Positions 27,913 to 38,118 of a DNA stretch of 64,000 nt are shown here, piece by piece. Origin of the DNA: Microgenomates group bacterium (GTDB lineage Bacteria > Patescibacteriota > Microgenomatia > UBA12405); contig JBAQNJ010000001.1 in the NCBI GenBank assembly GCA_049303675.1, positions 600,711 through 664,710 of the forward strand. The letters run 5' to 3'. Every line of letters begins with the position of its first letter. Position 1 is the first letter of the stretch. The notes beneath the pieces were generated by a model. It had not been told where the DNA came from and searched no databases. It saw only the letters and a program-made list of their open reading frames with translations. A program made the translations under genes and the position numbers.

Positions 27913-29445
27913 TTATTCTCTTACTCTAAATTGTAATGCCTCAGCAATATGGCTATCAGTAATATCAATCGAATTACCCAAATCGGCGATAGTTCTAGCC
28001 ACCTTTATCAATCTAAAATAAGTTCTGGCTGACAAATTAAATTTATTGACCGCCTGTTTTAGCAGCAGATTCGCTTCTTTGGTCAACTTGGCAAATTCTT
28101 TCAAGTGAATATTTTTCATATCAGAATTACAATAGACTCCCTCCACTTTTTCAAATCTTTTTCTCTGAATATTTCTGGCCTCTTTAACTCTATTTTTTAT
28201 CACCTCCGATTTCTCCGCCCCATTATTATCCATTTTATCCAGCATCAATTTATTGATATCCACCGCCGGCACATTCAAATGTAAATCAATCCGGTCCATT
28301 ATTGGCCCCGACAACTTTTTTTGATAATTTACTATTTGATGGACGGTACACTTGCACTCTTTTTTGGGATCACCGAGGAATCCACACGGGCAGGGATTAG
28401 CCGCCGCGATTAGCATGAATTTAGCGGGGAAATTAACCGACCCTGCTGCTCGGCTAATAGTTACTTGGCCATCTTCCAGCGGTTGTCTCAGTGCCTCTAG
28501 GGTATTTCTGCCAAATTCCGGAAACTCATCGAGAAACAGTACCCCCCGATGAGCCATTGATACTTCTCCAGGGTGGGGGATAGAACCTCCACCAATTAGT
28601 CCTACGAGTGAAGTTGTGTGATGCGGGCTCCTAAATGGCCGTTGTCTAATTAGCGACCCGCCCGCCGGTATATTGCCAGTAATCGAAAATATTTTAGTTA
28701 CCTCGAGGCTCTCTCGTTCACTCAGATCGGGCAAAATCCCCGCTGCCGCTCGTGACAGCATTGTCTTACCTGACCCAGGCGGCCCCATCATAAAAATATT
28801 ATGACCCCCCGAAGCAGCTATTTCCAAAGCTCTTTTAGCCATTTCTTGCCCCAGTACTTCTCCAAAATCAAATTCAGGATGGATATCACCGAGTATCTCT
28901 TCTGGGATCACGGTCTCCAATGGCACTATTTCCTTACACCCACTCAAATGCAACATAAGTGACTTTAGACTGTCTACCGGGAATACTTTTACCCCTTCGA
29001 CCACACTCGCTTCATTGGCACAGAGTCTGGGCACAAAAATATTTTTTACTCCCTGCTCTTTGGCCAGTATGGCCAACAAAAACACTCCTCTGGTGTGGCG
29101 TAGAGTACCATCCAGTGATAATTCACCATAAAAATAGGCTTTTTCTTTACCCAGACTCAATTCACCCATAGATGACAATATTCCCACCGCAATCGGCAAA
29201 TCATACCCCGATCCCTCCTTGGGTAAATCAGCTGGGGCCAAATTGACCGTTATCTTCATCGGTCGAAAATCAATATCGGTATTGATAATGGCCGTTTTGA
29301 CTCTCTCCTTCAATTCTTCGCCACTTTTACTGGCAATCCCCACAATTCCAAAAGAAGGGAATCCCTTATCCGCTACATTCACCTCGACCTCAATCTCCAC
29401 CGCTTTTAGTCCATAATTTGTCACCGACGCCACCTTGGTCAGCAT
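27913..29445 (-). CDS. comM: Mg-chelatase-like AAA+ ATPase YifB/ComM
   Basis: N-terminal Lon-like S5 fold domain ([11 protein letters not shown] ... [13 protein letters not shown]), AAA+ Walker [11 protein letters not shown], and a C-terminal Mg-chelatase subunit ChlI domain. Confidence 0.85.
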   Translation of the reverse strand: MLTKVASVTNYGLKAVEIEVEVNVADKGFPSFGIVGIASKSGEELKERVKTAIINTDIDFRPMKITVNLAPADLPKEGSGYDLPIAVGILSSMGELSLGKEKAYFYGELSLDGTLRHTRGVFLLAILAKEQGVKNIFVPRLCANEASVVEGVKVFPVDSLKSLMLHLSGCKEIVPLETVIPEEILGDIHPEFDFGEVLGQEMAKRALEIAASGGHNIFMMGPPGSGKTMLSRAAAGILPDLSERESLEVTKIFSITGNIPAGGSLIRQRPFRSPHHTTSLVGLIGGGSIPHPGEVSMAHRGVLFLDEFPEFGRNTLEALRQPLEDGQVTISRAAGSVNFPAKFMLIAAANPCPCGFLGDPKKECKCTVHQIVNYQKKLSGPIMDRIDLHLNVPAVDINKLMLDKMDNNGAEKSEVIKNRVKEARNIQRKRFEKVEGVYCNSDMKNIHLKEFAKLTKEANLLLKQAVNKFNLSARTYFRLIKVARTIADLGNSIDITDSHIAEALQFRVRE

Positions 29446-29494
29446 GATAACAAAATAATAACACTAATACCCAATTCGTAGTTGTCAGCAAATT

Positions 29495-29716
29495 TCAAGA
29501 TATTTCAGCCCGCAATCTTTCGCACTCTTCAAAGATTTTTGTTGTGTCCCTGCCATCAAATCTCAGTATGACTTCAGTTCTCCCATCCACCTGTTTAGTA
29601 AATCCTCGACTAATATCATACCTACCTATATTTCTTGCAGCTTTAACCAAAAGGTCAGCCTCACTTTCCAAATAGAACCCAATATTATTATCTGGACTAA
29701 TGTCCCATACTACCAT
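29495..29716 (-). CDS. hypothetical small protein
   Basis: 73-aa ORF; no recognisable domain. Confidence 0.35.
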   Translation of the reverse strand: MVVWDISPDNNIGFYLESEADLLVKAARNIGRYDISRGFTKQVDGRTEVILRFDGRDTTKIFEECERLRAEIS

Positions 29717-29752
29717 AATGAATTATATCACGTGCTTTTGGTACAATATTCC

Positions 29753-31756
29753 ATGTCTTTTGAGCTCTCTTCCACCATGACCCCGTCTGGCGATCAGCCC
29801 CAAGCTATCAATCAATTGGTGGCCAATATCCAAAATAAAATTAGCCGCCAAACATTATTAGGCGTTACTGGCTCGGGTAAGACCTTTACAATCGCCAATG
29901 TTATTCAAAAAACTCAATTACCCACTCTAATTATCTCTCACAACAAAACTCTGGCCGGCCAGCTCTATCAAGAATTCAAAGAATTATTTCCTAGGAACAA
30001 AGTTTCCTATTTTGTCTCCTATTACGATTATTATCAGCCCGAGGCTTATATTCCCGCCTCGGATACTTATATCGCCAAAGAAGTCGAAATCAATGATCTC
30101 ATCGACAAGCTCCGTCTTGAGGCCACCTCCAATCTCTTTGAAAGCGACGACAATATTGTCATTGCCTCTGTCTCCTGCATTTACAACATCGGTGATCCAG
30201 CTATTTTTGGGGACAAGACAATTAGCCTAAAAACAGGTGATATCTGGACTCGACGCCAATTATTTGAAGAGCTAATCAAACTATATTATGTCCGCAACGA
30301 ACTCGAGTTCAAGCGATCTACATTTCGTGTCCGTGATACCAATATCGAAATCTGGCCCAGTAATGGTGATTGGATAATATCTCTCGAATTCGATCCCTCC
30401 GATAAAATAGTTTCCATTATTCAGCGTCATCCTTTTACTGCCACCGAATTCAAATTAGACAAATATAAATTATATACCGCCAAACAATTTGTCGGGGCCA
30501 CCGCCAACCAAACCGAAATTATTCAAAAAATAAAATCAGATTGTAGCCAGCAAGTTGAGGAATTCAAAACTCAAGGCAAAATTCTCGAGGCTCATCGTTT
30601 ACAGCAAAGGGTAGATTATGACTTAGAAATGTTGCAAGAAATTGGTTATGTCAACGGTATCGAAAATTATTCTCTCTATTTTGAGCCCCATCGCCATTCT
30701 GGTGATCCTCCTTACACCTTAGTCGACTATTTTCGTCACCGTTGGGGCGATAAATTTTTGACTGTTATCGACGAATCTCATGTGACAGTTCCTCAGATTC
30801 ACGGTATGTTTGGCGGCGATCTCGCCCGCAAAACCAATTTAGTCAATTTTGGTTTTAGATTACAGAGTGCATATGACAACCGACCATTACGATGGGAAGA
30901 ATTCAATGATCGACTTTCCAATGTGGTATATGTCTCCGCCACTCCGGCAGAATTTGAAATCACTGATTCCAAAAAACAGGTAATTGAACAAATTATCCGC
31001 CCTACTGGTCTAGTCGATCCTCCGATTACCGTCAGACCAACCATTAATCAAATTCCCGACCTAATTCAGGAAATCAAGGATAGGGCCGCTCGCCACGAAC
31101 GCTCACTCGTCGTTACCATCACCAAAAAAATGTCCGAAGAGCTAGCCAGCTATCTCTCCGATGAAAAGGTTACTGGAACAAAATTAAAAGTTGCCTACCT
31201 TCACAGCGATATCGAAACATTGGAGAGATCCGATATTTTAGACAAACTCCGTTCCGGCGATTTTGATATCTTAGTTGGTATCAATTTATTACGTGAAGGA
31301 CTAGATTTGCCCGAAGTCACTCTGGTGGCTATTTTAGATGCCGCCGCTCAGGGCTTTCTCCGCTCCCGTTCATCACTAATTCAACTAATGGGTCGGGCTA
31401 GTCGCAATGTCGATGGCCAAGTGATTTTGTATGCCGACAAAAAATCGCCAGCCATGCAGCAGGCCATCGAGGAGGTCACTCGTCGCCGCCAAATTCAACT
31501 TCAGTACAATCTTGATCATGGGATTACCCCCGAGACTATCAAGAAATCGATTAGAGAACGGATTATTCAAAAGCCAGCCGAGAAAATCGAGACCGATCCG
31601 GTTCTGTCAATTGATATCAATTCCCTTACACCAAATCAAAGAAAGCTACATCTTAGCAAAATGAAAAAAGAAATGCGCGCTTCCGCCGCCGACCTCAACT
31701 TTGAACAGGCAATTAAAATTAGGGATAAAATATTAGAGATAGAAAAAATTTCTTAA
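29753..31756 (+). CDS. uvrB: excinuclease ABC subunit B
   Basis: N-terminus FELSSTMTPSGDQPQAI aligns with the E. coli UvrB FKLNSAFKPSGDQPEAI. Helicase motifs GVTGSGKTFT and DESH are present, with a C-terminal UVR domain (FEQAIKIRDKILEIE). The start is chosen at MSFEL. Confidence 0.9.
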   Translation: MSFELSSTMTPSGDQPQAINQLVANIQNKISRQTLLGVTGSGKTFTIANVIQKTQLPTLIISHNKTLAGQLYQEFKELFPRNKVSYFVSYYDYYQPEAYIPASDTYIAKEVEINDLIDKLRLEATSNLFESDDNIVIASVSCIYNIGDPAIFGDKTISLKTGDIWTRRQLFEELIKLYYVRNELEFKRSTFRVRDTNIEIWPSNGDWIISLEFDPSDKIVSIIQRHPFTATEFKLDKYKLYTAKQFVGATANQTEIIQKIKSDCSQQVEEFKTQGKILEAHRLQQRVDYDLEMLQEIGYVNGIENYSLYFEPHRHSGDPPYTLVDYFRHRWGDKFLTVIDESHVTVPQIHGMFGGDLARKTNLVNFGFRLQSAYDNRPLRWEEFNDRLSNVVYVSATPAEFEITDSKKQVIEQIIRPTGLVDPPITVRPTINQIPDLIQEIKDRAARHERSLVVTITKKMSEELASYLSDEKVTGTKLKVAYLHSDIETLERSDILDKLRSGDFDILVGINLLREGLDLPEVTLVAILDAAAQGFLRSRSSLIQLMGRASRNVDGQVILYADKKSPAMQQAIEEVTRRRQIQLQYNLDHGITPETIKKSIRERIIQKPAEKIETDPVLSIDINSLTPNQRKLHLSKMKKEMRASAADLNFEQAIKIRDKILEIEKIS

Positions 31757-31989
31757 TATATCGCGCTAGCAATATCTTTTATTGTCAATTTACGTGCAAT
31801 CGGAGCTGTAGTAGTCAACTCGATTCCCTTTGTCCCAGATAACCTGCAATCTAACACTCTATCAGGGTCGTATACTGGTATATGACTCGGAAGCCTTCCT
31901 TCAGGTGCCTCAATAATCAAAAAAATTCGATGACATTCAGGGCATTCATATCCAGTTGTTCTTTCCAAAACGTTGTTACTATCCACCAC
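31753..31989 (-). CDS. hypothetical small protein with CPxCH motif
   Basis: 78-aa ORF; the Cys/His-containing motif YECPECHRIF is a possible zinc finger. Confidence 0.35.
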   Translation of the reverse strand: MVDSNNVLERTTGYECPECHRIFLIIEAPEGRLPSHIPVYDPDRVLDCRLSGTKGIELTTTAPIARKLTIKDIASAIY

Positions 31990-32043
31990 TGAAATATATC
32001 ACAACCACCAAAACAGTCAAATCTATCTAGAAATAGAAAGAAT

Positions 32044-32262
32044 CTAACACTTTTTTCTCAAAAATCGGAACATACCAGCTTCCATCTCAGCAGCTAGTTT
32101 ACCCTTCGGCTCACTTATCAATTGAAATGTTGGCTTGTCACCATTAAACACTACCCCAGTTATTGTAGCTCTCACCTCCACCACTTCACCCCGATTTTCT
32201 CCCGCCACTAAAAACACATGTTCCGTCCCCATTAGTTCAAAATGATTGTTTTTATCTGCCAT
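32044..32262 (-). CDS. hypothetical small protein
   Basis: 72-aa ORF preceded on the minus strand by TTGTCT-N17-TAAAAT and then 8 nt to the ATG, so probably leaderless. It shares a 19-nt upstream motif with the next gene. Confidence 0.4.
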   Translation of the reverse strand: MADKNNHFELMGTEHVFLVAGENRGEVVEVRATITGVVFNGDKPTFQLISEPKGKLAAEMEAGMFRFLRKKC

Positions 32263-32283
32263 AGTCGGCTATTTTAGCATTTT

Positions 32284-32302
32284 ACATACCCGAAGACAAA
32301 CC
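32284..32302 (-). promoter_or_regulatory. shared upstream motif ACATACCCGAAGACAAACC (reads GGTTTGTCTTCGGGTATGT on the gene strand), copy 1
   Basis: Exact 19-mer repeated at 32663-32681, in both cases ~20-40 nt upstream of a small minus-strand gene; overlaps a putative -35 (TTGTCT). Confidence 0.45.
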
Positions 32303-32324
32303 AAAAATTGTTCAATAGACAAAT

Positions 32325-32627
32325 CTAATCTTCCAAATCATCCACTTTGGCAATGCGAAACCTTCCTTGTTTTACGACATCAGCTTGCCTAAGAGTACTA
32401 TATCCTATAGATTTTTCCTTTCCTCCAATTTTACAAGTTAAACTGCCTGCCCCAGTAATATCAACCACCTTCGCCAAGATATTATGTGGCCTTGCCAGCG
32501 GGTCAGATGGGTGGGTATATCCATTTAGACGAATAACAGTTCCCTCACGAAATCCAGTAAAATCATCAATTGGCATAAGTATATTATATACCCTGTAATA
32601 TAGATATTCAATTACCCAAAACTTCAT
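32325..32627 (-). CDS. hypothetical small protein
   Basis: 100-aa ORF (alternative start MPIDDF at 32574); no recognisable domain. Confidence 0.4.
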   Translation of the reverse strand: MKFWVIEYLYYRVYNILMPIDDFTGFREGTVIRLNGYTHPSDPLARPHNILAKVVDITGAGSLTCKIGGKEKSIGYSTLRQADVVKQGRFRIAKVDDLED

Positions 32628-32662
32628 CTTTGATACTGGTTATATACTACCATAAATGGCTA

Positions 32663-32681
32663 ACATACCCGAAGACAAACC
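32663..32681 (-). promoter_or_regulatory. shared upstream motif ACATACCCGAAGACAAACC, copy 2
   Basis: Identical 19-mer upstream of the 32325..32627 gene. Confidence 0.45.
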
Positions 32682-32735
32682 GAAGTTTTTCCTATATAAT
32701 AAACAATTGCATTAATTTTAAAAAAATATGCTTTA

Positions 32736-32770
32736 CCCTCCTTGTCAAAGGAGGGTAGGGTGGATTGAAA
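32736..32770 (+). repeat. palindromic repeat copy E (CCCTCCTTGTCAAAGGAGGGTAGGGTGGATTGAAA), abutting the uvrA start codon
   Basis: 8-bp stem CCCTCCTT/AAGGAGGG with GTCA loop, then GGATTGAAA directly followed by the ATG at 32771. Confidence 0.75.
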
Positions 32771-35434
32771 ATGATTGACAAAATAACCGTCAAAGGTGCT
32801 CGGGAAAACAATCTCCAAAATGTCTCTTTTGAGATACCCAAAAACAAACTGGTTGTCTTTACTGGAGTCTCCGGCTCCGGTAAATCTAGCATGGCCTTTG
32901 ATACATTATTTGCCGAGGGTCAACGTCGTTATGTTGAGTCACTCTCTTCCTATGCCCGTCAATTTTTAGGTAATATGCATCGCCCCGAGGTTGATCAAAT
33001 TGAGGGCCTATCTCCCAGTATTGCTATCAATCAAAAAGCTATCTCTCACAATCCTCGTTCCACTGTTGGCACTGTCACCGAAATCTACGATTACCTCCGT
33101 CTCCTCTTTGCCCGTATTGGTCATCCTCATTGTCCCAATTGTGGTCGCGAAGTTATCCCCCAGACCAGTCGTCAAATCGTCAACCAGATTATCGAGGCCG
33201 GCCCCCGTCGTTTTTTCCTCCTCGCCCCCCTAGTCAAAAACAAGTCAGGTGATTTACACGGACTCTTGGACAATTTACGCAAGCAGGGCTACAAACGTAT
33301 CCGTGCCGACAGCAAAATAATAGATTTATATTCCGATTTTGGTCTGACCAAGACCAACAAACACACCATCGAAGCCGTCACTGATCGGGTGGCCATCCAC
33401 CCCGAAAATATCAAAAACTCCAAAGATTTGATTGCCAGATTGGTTGATAGTGTCGAAGCCACCCTCAAGCTCAGTAATGGTTTGTGTATTGTGGCTACCG
33501 TGGCTGATTCTGGCTTTGATTTTCCCGAAAACCCCGTCGAATTAGTCGATACCTTGTATTCTGAAAATTTTGCCTGCCCTAATTGCAACCTATCCATTCC
33601 CGAGATCGAGCCCCGTCTATTTTCCTTCAATTCTCCTGAGGGTGCCTGCCCCGAATGTAAAGGTTTGGGTGCCAAATTTCAAATTGATAGATCAAAATAC
33701 CCCGAATGGAAGGCCAGATATTTAGAGCAAAAATATTATTCATCCCAATCAGAAACTATTCGCGACGAACTGGAAAAGTTTATGATCAAAACTAGTTGTC
33801 ATATTTGCCATGGCTCTCGCCTCAACCCCGACTCTCTATCAGTCACTATTGAGGGTCAAAATATTTTTCAAATATGTCAGCTGCCCATTATCGACATGGC
33901 CGCTTGGGCCGACAACCTGATCAATATATTAATTTCTCCTAAGGAAAAAGAAATCTTAGAATCAATTCATCGAGAAATCCATACTCGCCTCGAATTTTTA
34001 TTAGCAGTTGGGCTAGATTATTTGTCACTTGAACGCGAAGCAGGGACATTATCCTCGGGTGAGTCCCAGCGTATCCGTCTGGCATCCCAAATTGGTACCG
34101 GTTTAACTGGGGTCCTTTACATCCTTGATGAACCGACGATTGGTCTTCATTCCCGTGATAACGACCGACTAATTGGTACTCTCAAAAAACTTCGTGACAC
34201 TGGCAATTCAGTAGTTGTTGTGGAACACGACGAAGAAGTTATCCGCTGTGCCGACCATGTGGTTGATTTTGGCCTATATGCAGGCAAAAATGGTGGACAA
34301 ATAGTGGCACAGGGTACACTCGAAGATATTTTAAAAAGTAAGACTAGCCTTACCGGCCAATACATGTCCGGCAAAAAAACAATAACTAGTCAAATAGTTA
34401 AAGTAAATTCCCCCCTTGTTAAAGGGGGGTCAGGAGGGATTGTTATCACTGGAGCCAAGCAATGGAATCTCAAAAATGTCACCGTCACTTTTCCGCTCAA
34501 TAAATTAATTAGTGTCACCGGCGTTTCCGGTTCAGGCAAATCAACTCTAGTTCACGACACTCTCTATGGAGGTGTTCGCAAAGCTACTCTGGGAGCATAT
34601 TACGGCACCATTGGTGAGTATGACAAAATCACTGGCGCTGAATATATTAAAGACGTATTGTTAGTCGACCAGAGTCCCATTGGTCGCACCCCCCGCAGCA
34701 ATCCGGCTACCTATACCAAAGTTTTCGATGACATCCGCGCTCTCTTGGCTCGCACTCCCGAGGCTCAGATCCGCGGTTACAATTCTTCTCGTTTTTCTTT
34801 TAATACTAAGGGCGGTCGTTGCGAAGCCTGTCAAGGACAGGGTCAAATCAAAATTGAGATGCAGTTTTTAGCCGATATTTACGTTACTTGTGATGAGTGT
34901 CATGGTACGAGGTTTAAAGAAGAAACACTTGAAGTCTATTACAAAGAAAAAAATATTGCCGATATTCTCAAGTTAACTTTTGATGAAGCTCTAGATTTTT
35001 TCAAAAATATCAACTCCCTACGGAGAAAAATTACCACTATTCAGGAGGCTGGTCTGGGCTATCTTCAATTAGGTCAACCCAGCAACACCTTGTCAGGAGG
35101 GGAGTCACAACGACTCAAAATTAGTCGAGAGTTAGTCAAAAAACTAGATGGCAAAATATTATATATTTTAGATGAGCCCACTACCGGACTCCATTTTTAT
35201 GATATCGACAAGTTAATCAAAGTCCTACGAAAATTAGTGGATATGGGTAACACAGTGGTAGTTATCGAACACAATTTAGATGTCATCAAAAATTCTGATT
35301 GGATTATTGATATGGGTCCCGAGGGAGGTCATCGTGGCGGTGAAGTTTTAATAGAGGGTACGGTTGAAGACGTGATTGCCTGTCCCAAATCCTACACCGG
35401 CCAGTATCTCCAAAAACATCTGTCAACAAAATAG
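32771..35434 (+). CDS. uvrA: excinuclease ABC subunit A
   Basis: Two ABC modules (GVSGSGKSS and GVSGSGKST Walker A; LSGGESQR signature twice) and zinc-finger cysteine pairs. Contains repeat copy F in-frame (34409-34442). Confidence 0.9.
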   Translation: MIDKITVKGARENNLQNVSFEIPKNKLVVFTGVSGSGKSSMAFDTLFAEGQRRYVESLSSYARQFLGNMHRPEVDQIEGLSPSIAINQKAISHNPRSTVGTVTEIYDYLRLLFARIGHPHCPNCGREVIPQTSRQIVNQIIEAGPRRFFLLAPLVKNKSGDLHGLLDNLRKQGYKRIRADSKIIDLYSDFGLTKTNKHTIEAVTDRVAIHPENIKNSKDLIARLVDSVEATLKLSNGLCIVATVADSGFDFPENPVELVDTLYSENFACPNCNLSIPEIEPRLFSFNSPEGACPECKGLGAKFQIDRSKYPEWKARYLEQKYYSSQSETIRDELEKFMIKTSCHICHGSRLNPDSLSVTIEGQNIFQICQLPIIDMAAWADNLINILISPKEKEILESIHREIHTRLEFLLAVGLDYLSLEREAGTLSSGESQRIRLASQIGTGLTGVLYILDEPTIGLHSRDNDRLIGTLKKLRDTGNSVVVVEHDEEVIRCADHVVDFGLYAGKNGGQIVAQGTLEDILKSKTSLTGQYMSGKKTITSQIVKVNSPLVKGGSGGIVITGAKQWNLKNVTVTFPLNKLISVTGVSGSGKSTLVHDTLYGGVRKATLGAYYGTIGEYDKITGAEYIKDVLLVDQSPIGRTPRSNPATYTKVFDDIRALLARTPEAQIRGYNSSRFSFNTKGGRCEACQGQGQIKIEMQFLADIYVTCDECHGTRFKEETLEVYYKEKNIADILKLTFDEALDFFKNINSLRRKITTIQEAGLGYLQLGQPSNTLSGGESQRLKISRELVKKLDGKILYILDEPTTGLHFYDIDKLIKVLRKLVDMGNTVVVIEHNLDVIKNSDWIIDMGPEGGHRGGEVLIEGTVEDVIACPKSYTGQYLQKHLSTK
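34409..34442 (+). repeat. palindromic repeat copy F (TCCCCCCTTGTTAAAGGGGGGTCAGGAGGGATTG), in-frame within uvrA
   Basis: Encodes [11 protein letters not shown] in the inter-module linker of UvrA, in the same codon phase as copy A in rlmN. Confidence 0.85.
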
Positions 35435-35446
35435 TCAAACTGGAGT

Positions 35447-35785
35447 TTAGCCTGCTACAAAAGTGTATCGAGTTGTACCAGATTTAAACGAACAAGATCC
35501 AGTATCAGATCCAATCACCACAAACATAAGTTTTCGGTCTATTTTATGTTTTTCTACATCTCCTCGAAAAGTCAATTTACCGTCAATCAATTCAGGATTA
35601 AGTCTCATTCTGACCTCATCTTCTCCAACTATCGCACTTATCAGACCTTCAGGTGCCACCGAAATTCTGGATAATAAACTTCTCTTAGTTACTCTATTTC
35701 CAATGCAAAATTCAGCAAAAGAACCTTGTCTTGGTATAAAAAATACTTCAGCAAACACCTGCAGCTTCATTCCATATAGTATCAC
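35447..35785 (-). CDS. hypothetical protein
   Basis: 112-aa ORF; no recognisable domain. Confidence 0.3.
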   Translation of the reverse strand: MILYGMKLQVFAEVFFIPRQGSFAEFCIGNRVTKRSLLSRISVAPEGLISAIVGEDEVRMRLNPELIDGKLTFRGDVEKHKIDRKLMFVVIGSDTGSCSFKSGTTRYTFVAG

Positions 35786-35813
35786 ACTGATACTCTATGA
35801 AAAATTGTGAATA

Positions 35814-36149
35814 TTAGTTATATGCAGTAAACGAAACAATTTCATTTTCAGAAATAAATGCAACTCTACTACCAACCATTGTTAATGTGTAGTCCAAAGC
35901 CAGCTGTGGTCCAAAAGTACTTAATCTCATCTCAACTCCAGCTCCATCAGTCTGCAAATGTCCTTTTGTATCATATGGCTCAACAAAAGAAACTCTACAT
36001 GTCTTTTTGTTAATGGTAACTCCACGAACCAGCTGCTCGTTTATGCCTAAATCCTTGACTAATCTAGAGCTGCTGATTTTTCTACTTTCGTATACTACTG
36101 AATCATTCAAATTCTTTTCATATACTAATCTTCTTACCGTTAGTCTCAT
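35814..36149 (-). CDS. hypothetical protein
   Basis: 111-aa ORF adjacent to the previous one in a different frame, 28 nt apart; the two could be a disrupted single gene. Confidence 0.3.
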   Translation of the reverse strand: MRLTVRRLVYEKNLNDSVVYESRKISSSRLVKDLGINEQLVRGVTINKKTCRVSFVEPYDTKGHLQTDGAGVEMRLSTFGPQLALDYTLTMVGSRVAFISENEIVSFTAYN

Positions 36150-36172
36150 AACGGTATAATACCATACCTATT

Positions 36173-37444
36173 ATGATCGACCTCAAATCACTACCTACTG
36201 CTTCTGGCATCTACATCTACCGCAATGCTGCCGGCGAAATAATGTATGTGGGCAAGGCGATAAATCTCAAAAAACGTGTCAGCCAATATTTCCAACGTGA
36301 TGATGCCCTCGGTCCCAAAACTCAAACTCTGGTTTCCCAAATAGATTCTATCGAGACCAAAGTCGTCGGCTCCGAAATAGAAGCTCTAATTCTTGAGGCC
36401 TCCTATATCAAAAAATACCACCCCAAATACAATTCATTATTAAAAGACGACCGCAGTTATCAATTTATTTGTATCACCCGCGACAAACTCCCCCGAATAT
36501 ATTCTGTCTTTGGGTCTCAGGCTGACACTACACAGCATCTATATGGGCCCTTCCCCAGTGGTCTAGCTGTTCGCTCTCTCCTAAAAACTATGAGGAGAAT
36601 ATTTCCCTATTACAGCCAGAAAAAGCATCCCAAGACATTGTGTCTCTATTGTCATTTAGGTATCTGCCCTGGCCCTTCCCCCGATTCACACATCTATCGC
36701 CATAATATTTTACTTATTAAAAAAATATTATCGGGCAAATTTAAATTAGTCCAACGCCGTCTCCAAAAAGAAATGGAGGAGGCCTCTGTCAACCAACAGT
36801 ATGAAACTGCCCTGCTTGTCCGCAACCAGCTGGATGCCCTTAATTATGTTGTTTCCGGTTGGCACAATCTCAATAATCTCTTTGAACAAATAAATTTACC
36901 CGAGGATCGTTCTAGCTCGGCTATATCGGAATTAGAAACCACTCTCCAGCCATATCTGAATATAAAAAATATTCATCGAATCGAATGTTTTGACATTTCT
37001 CAAATGGTCGACAAATATTTTGTCGGCTCGATGACCGTCTGGCAAAATGGTCATCTCGACAGTTCTGCCTATCGTCAGTTCAAAATAAATACCAAGGTGA
37101 CTCAGGATGATCAGTTTATGATCAAGGAGGTAGTCTATCGCCGTCTCCAGCATCCCGAGTGGGGGACTCCCGATCTAATTGTTGTCGATGGCGGCAAGCC
37201 CCAATTAACTGCAGCCCTATCTCTTGTAGAGACGCCATATATGGCGTCTCTACAAAATCAAGTGAATATCATCGGTCTAGCCAAAAAATTTGAAACTATC
37301 GTCATCAAATCTAATGACGATTTTATCGAAATTAATTTACCCACAAATTCAAAAGCGTTATTGTTGCTCGAATCTCTTCGCAACGAAGCCCATCGCTTTG
37401 CCAATAGATATCGTCGCTCGCTCATGTCAAAATCAACCACATGA
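36173..37444 (+). CDS. uvrC: excinuclease ABC subunit C (short form lacking C-terminal HhH)
   Basis: GIY-YIG N-terminus GIYIYRNAAGEIMYVGKAINLKKRVSQYF, UVR domain (YETALLVRNQLDAL), and RNase H-like endonuclease domain. Ends at 423 aa without the (HhH)2 domain. Confidence 0.85.
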   Translation: MIDLKSLPTASGIYIYRNAAGEIMYVGKAINLKKRVSQYFQRDDALGPKTQTLVSQIDSIETKVVGSEIEALILEASYIKKYHPKYNSLLKDDRSYQFICITRDKLPRIYSVFGSQADTTQHLYGPFPSGLAVRSLLKTMRRIFPYYSQKKHPKTLCLYCHLGICPGPSPDSHIYRHNILLIKKILSGKFKLVQRRLQKEMEEASVNQQYETALLVRNQLDALNYVVSGWHNLNNLFEQINLPEDRSSSAISELETTLQPYLNIKNIHRIECFDISQMVDKYFVGSMTVWQNGHLDSSAYRQFKINTKVTQDDQFMIKEVVYRRLQHPEWGTPDLIVVDGGKPQLTAALSLVETPYMASLQNQVNIIGLAKKFETIVIKSNDDFIEINLPTNSKALLLLESLRNEAHRFANRYRRSLMSKSTT

Positions 37445-38118
37445 CAGTTTCAATAATTATTCCCTGCTACAATGAGGAAAGGCGAATTATTCCCATAATT
37501 TCCAGAATAAAAAAATCAAAGATAGTCGACGAAATAGTCGTCGTCGATGACGGCTCACAGTCCCAGACCAAAAAAATATTATCCAAAATAGCTGGTATCA
37601 ATCTCATTACTCATACCAAAAATCACGGCAAGTCCCAAGCCATGAAGACAGGCTTTCTTCAATCAACTGGTGATATAGTTGCCTTTATTGATGCTGATTT
37701 ACGCAATTTCCAGACCAAAAATATCACCGATTTGGTCACCCCAATTATCAACAATCAGTGTGATATTACCCTCTCTGACCGTACTGGCGATCTCTATTTA
37801 TTCCAAGCCTTTTCCGCCGCCTATACCGGTGAAAGAGCCATCAAAAGGGAACTTCTCCAAAAGCATCTTCAAATTTTTAAGGCAAGGGGATTTTTAATCG
37901 AAGGAGCTTTCAACAAAGTATTTTTTAAACCCAACTATCGACTTTTAAGGGTCTATTTTCCCAAGGTTCGTAGCTATGCCAAGTTTCTCAAAGATGGCGT
38001 CGCCGGCCAAATCAATGATCTCAAAATGGTCTCCGACATGATCAAATATTTCGGTCTAGCCGAGATGACTCGTCAAATAACTTTTGCCGTCAACCTCCCC
38101 CATTTTCAGAAAAAGTAA
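37441..38118 (+). CDS. family 2 glycosyltransferase (GT-A, DPM synthase-like)
   Basis: SIIIPCYNEERRI ... VVVDDGSQSQT ... FIDADL. ATGA overlap with uvrC. Confidence 0.8.
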   Translation: MTVSIIIPCYNEERRIIPIISRIKKSKIVDEIVVVDDGSQSQTKKILSKIAGINLITHTKNHGKSQAMKTGFLQSTGDIVAFIDADLRNFQTKNITDLVTPIINNQCDITLSDRTGDLYLFQAFSAAYTGERAIKRELLQKHLQIFKARGFLIEGAFNKVFFKPNYRLLRVYFPKVRSYAKFLKDGVAGQINDLKMVSDMIKYFGLAEMTRQITFAVNLPHFQKK

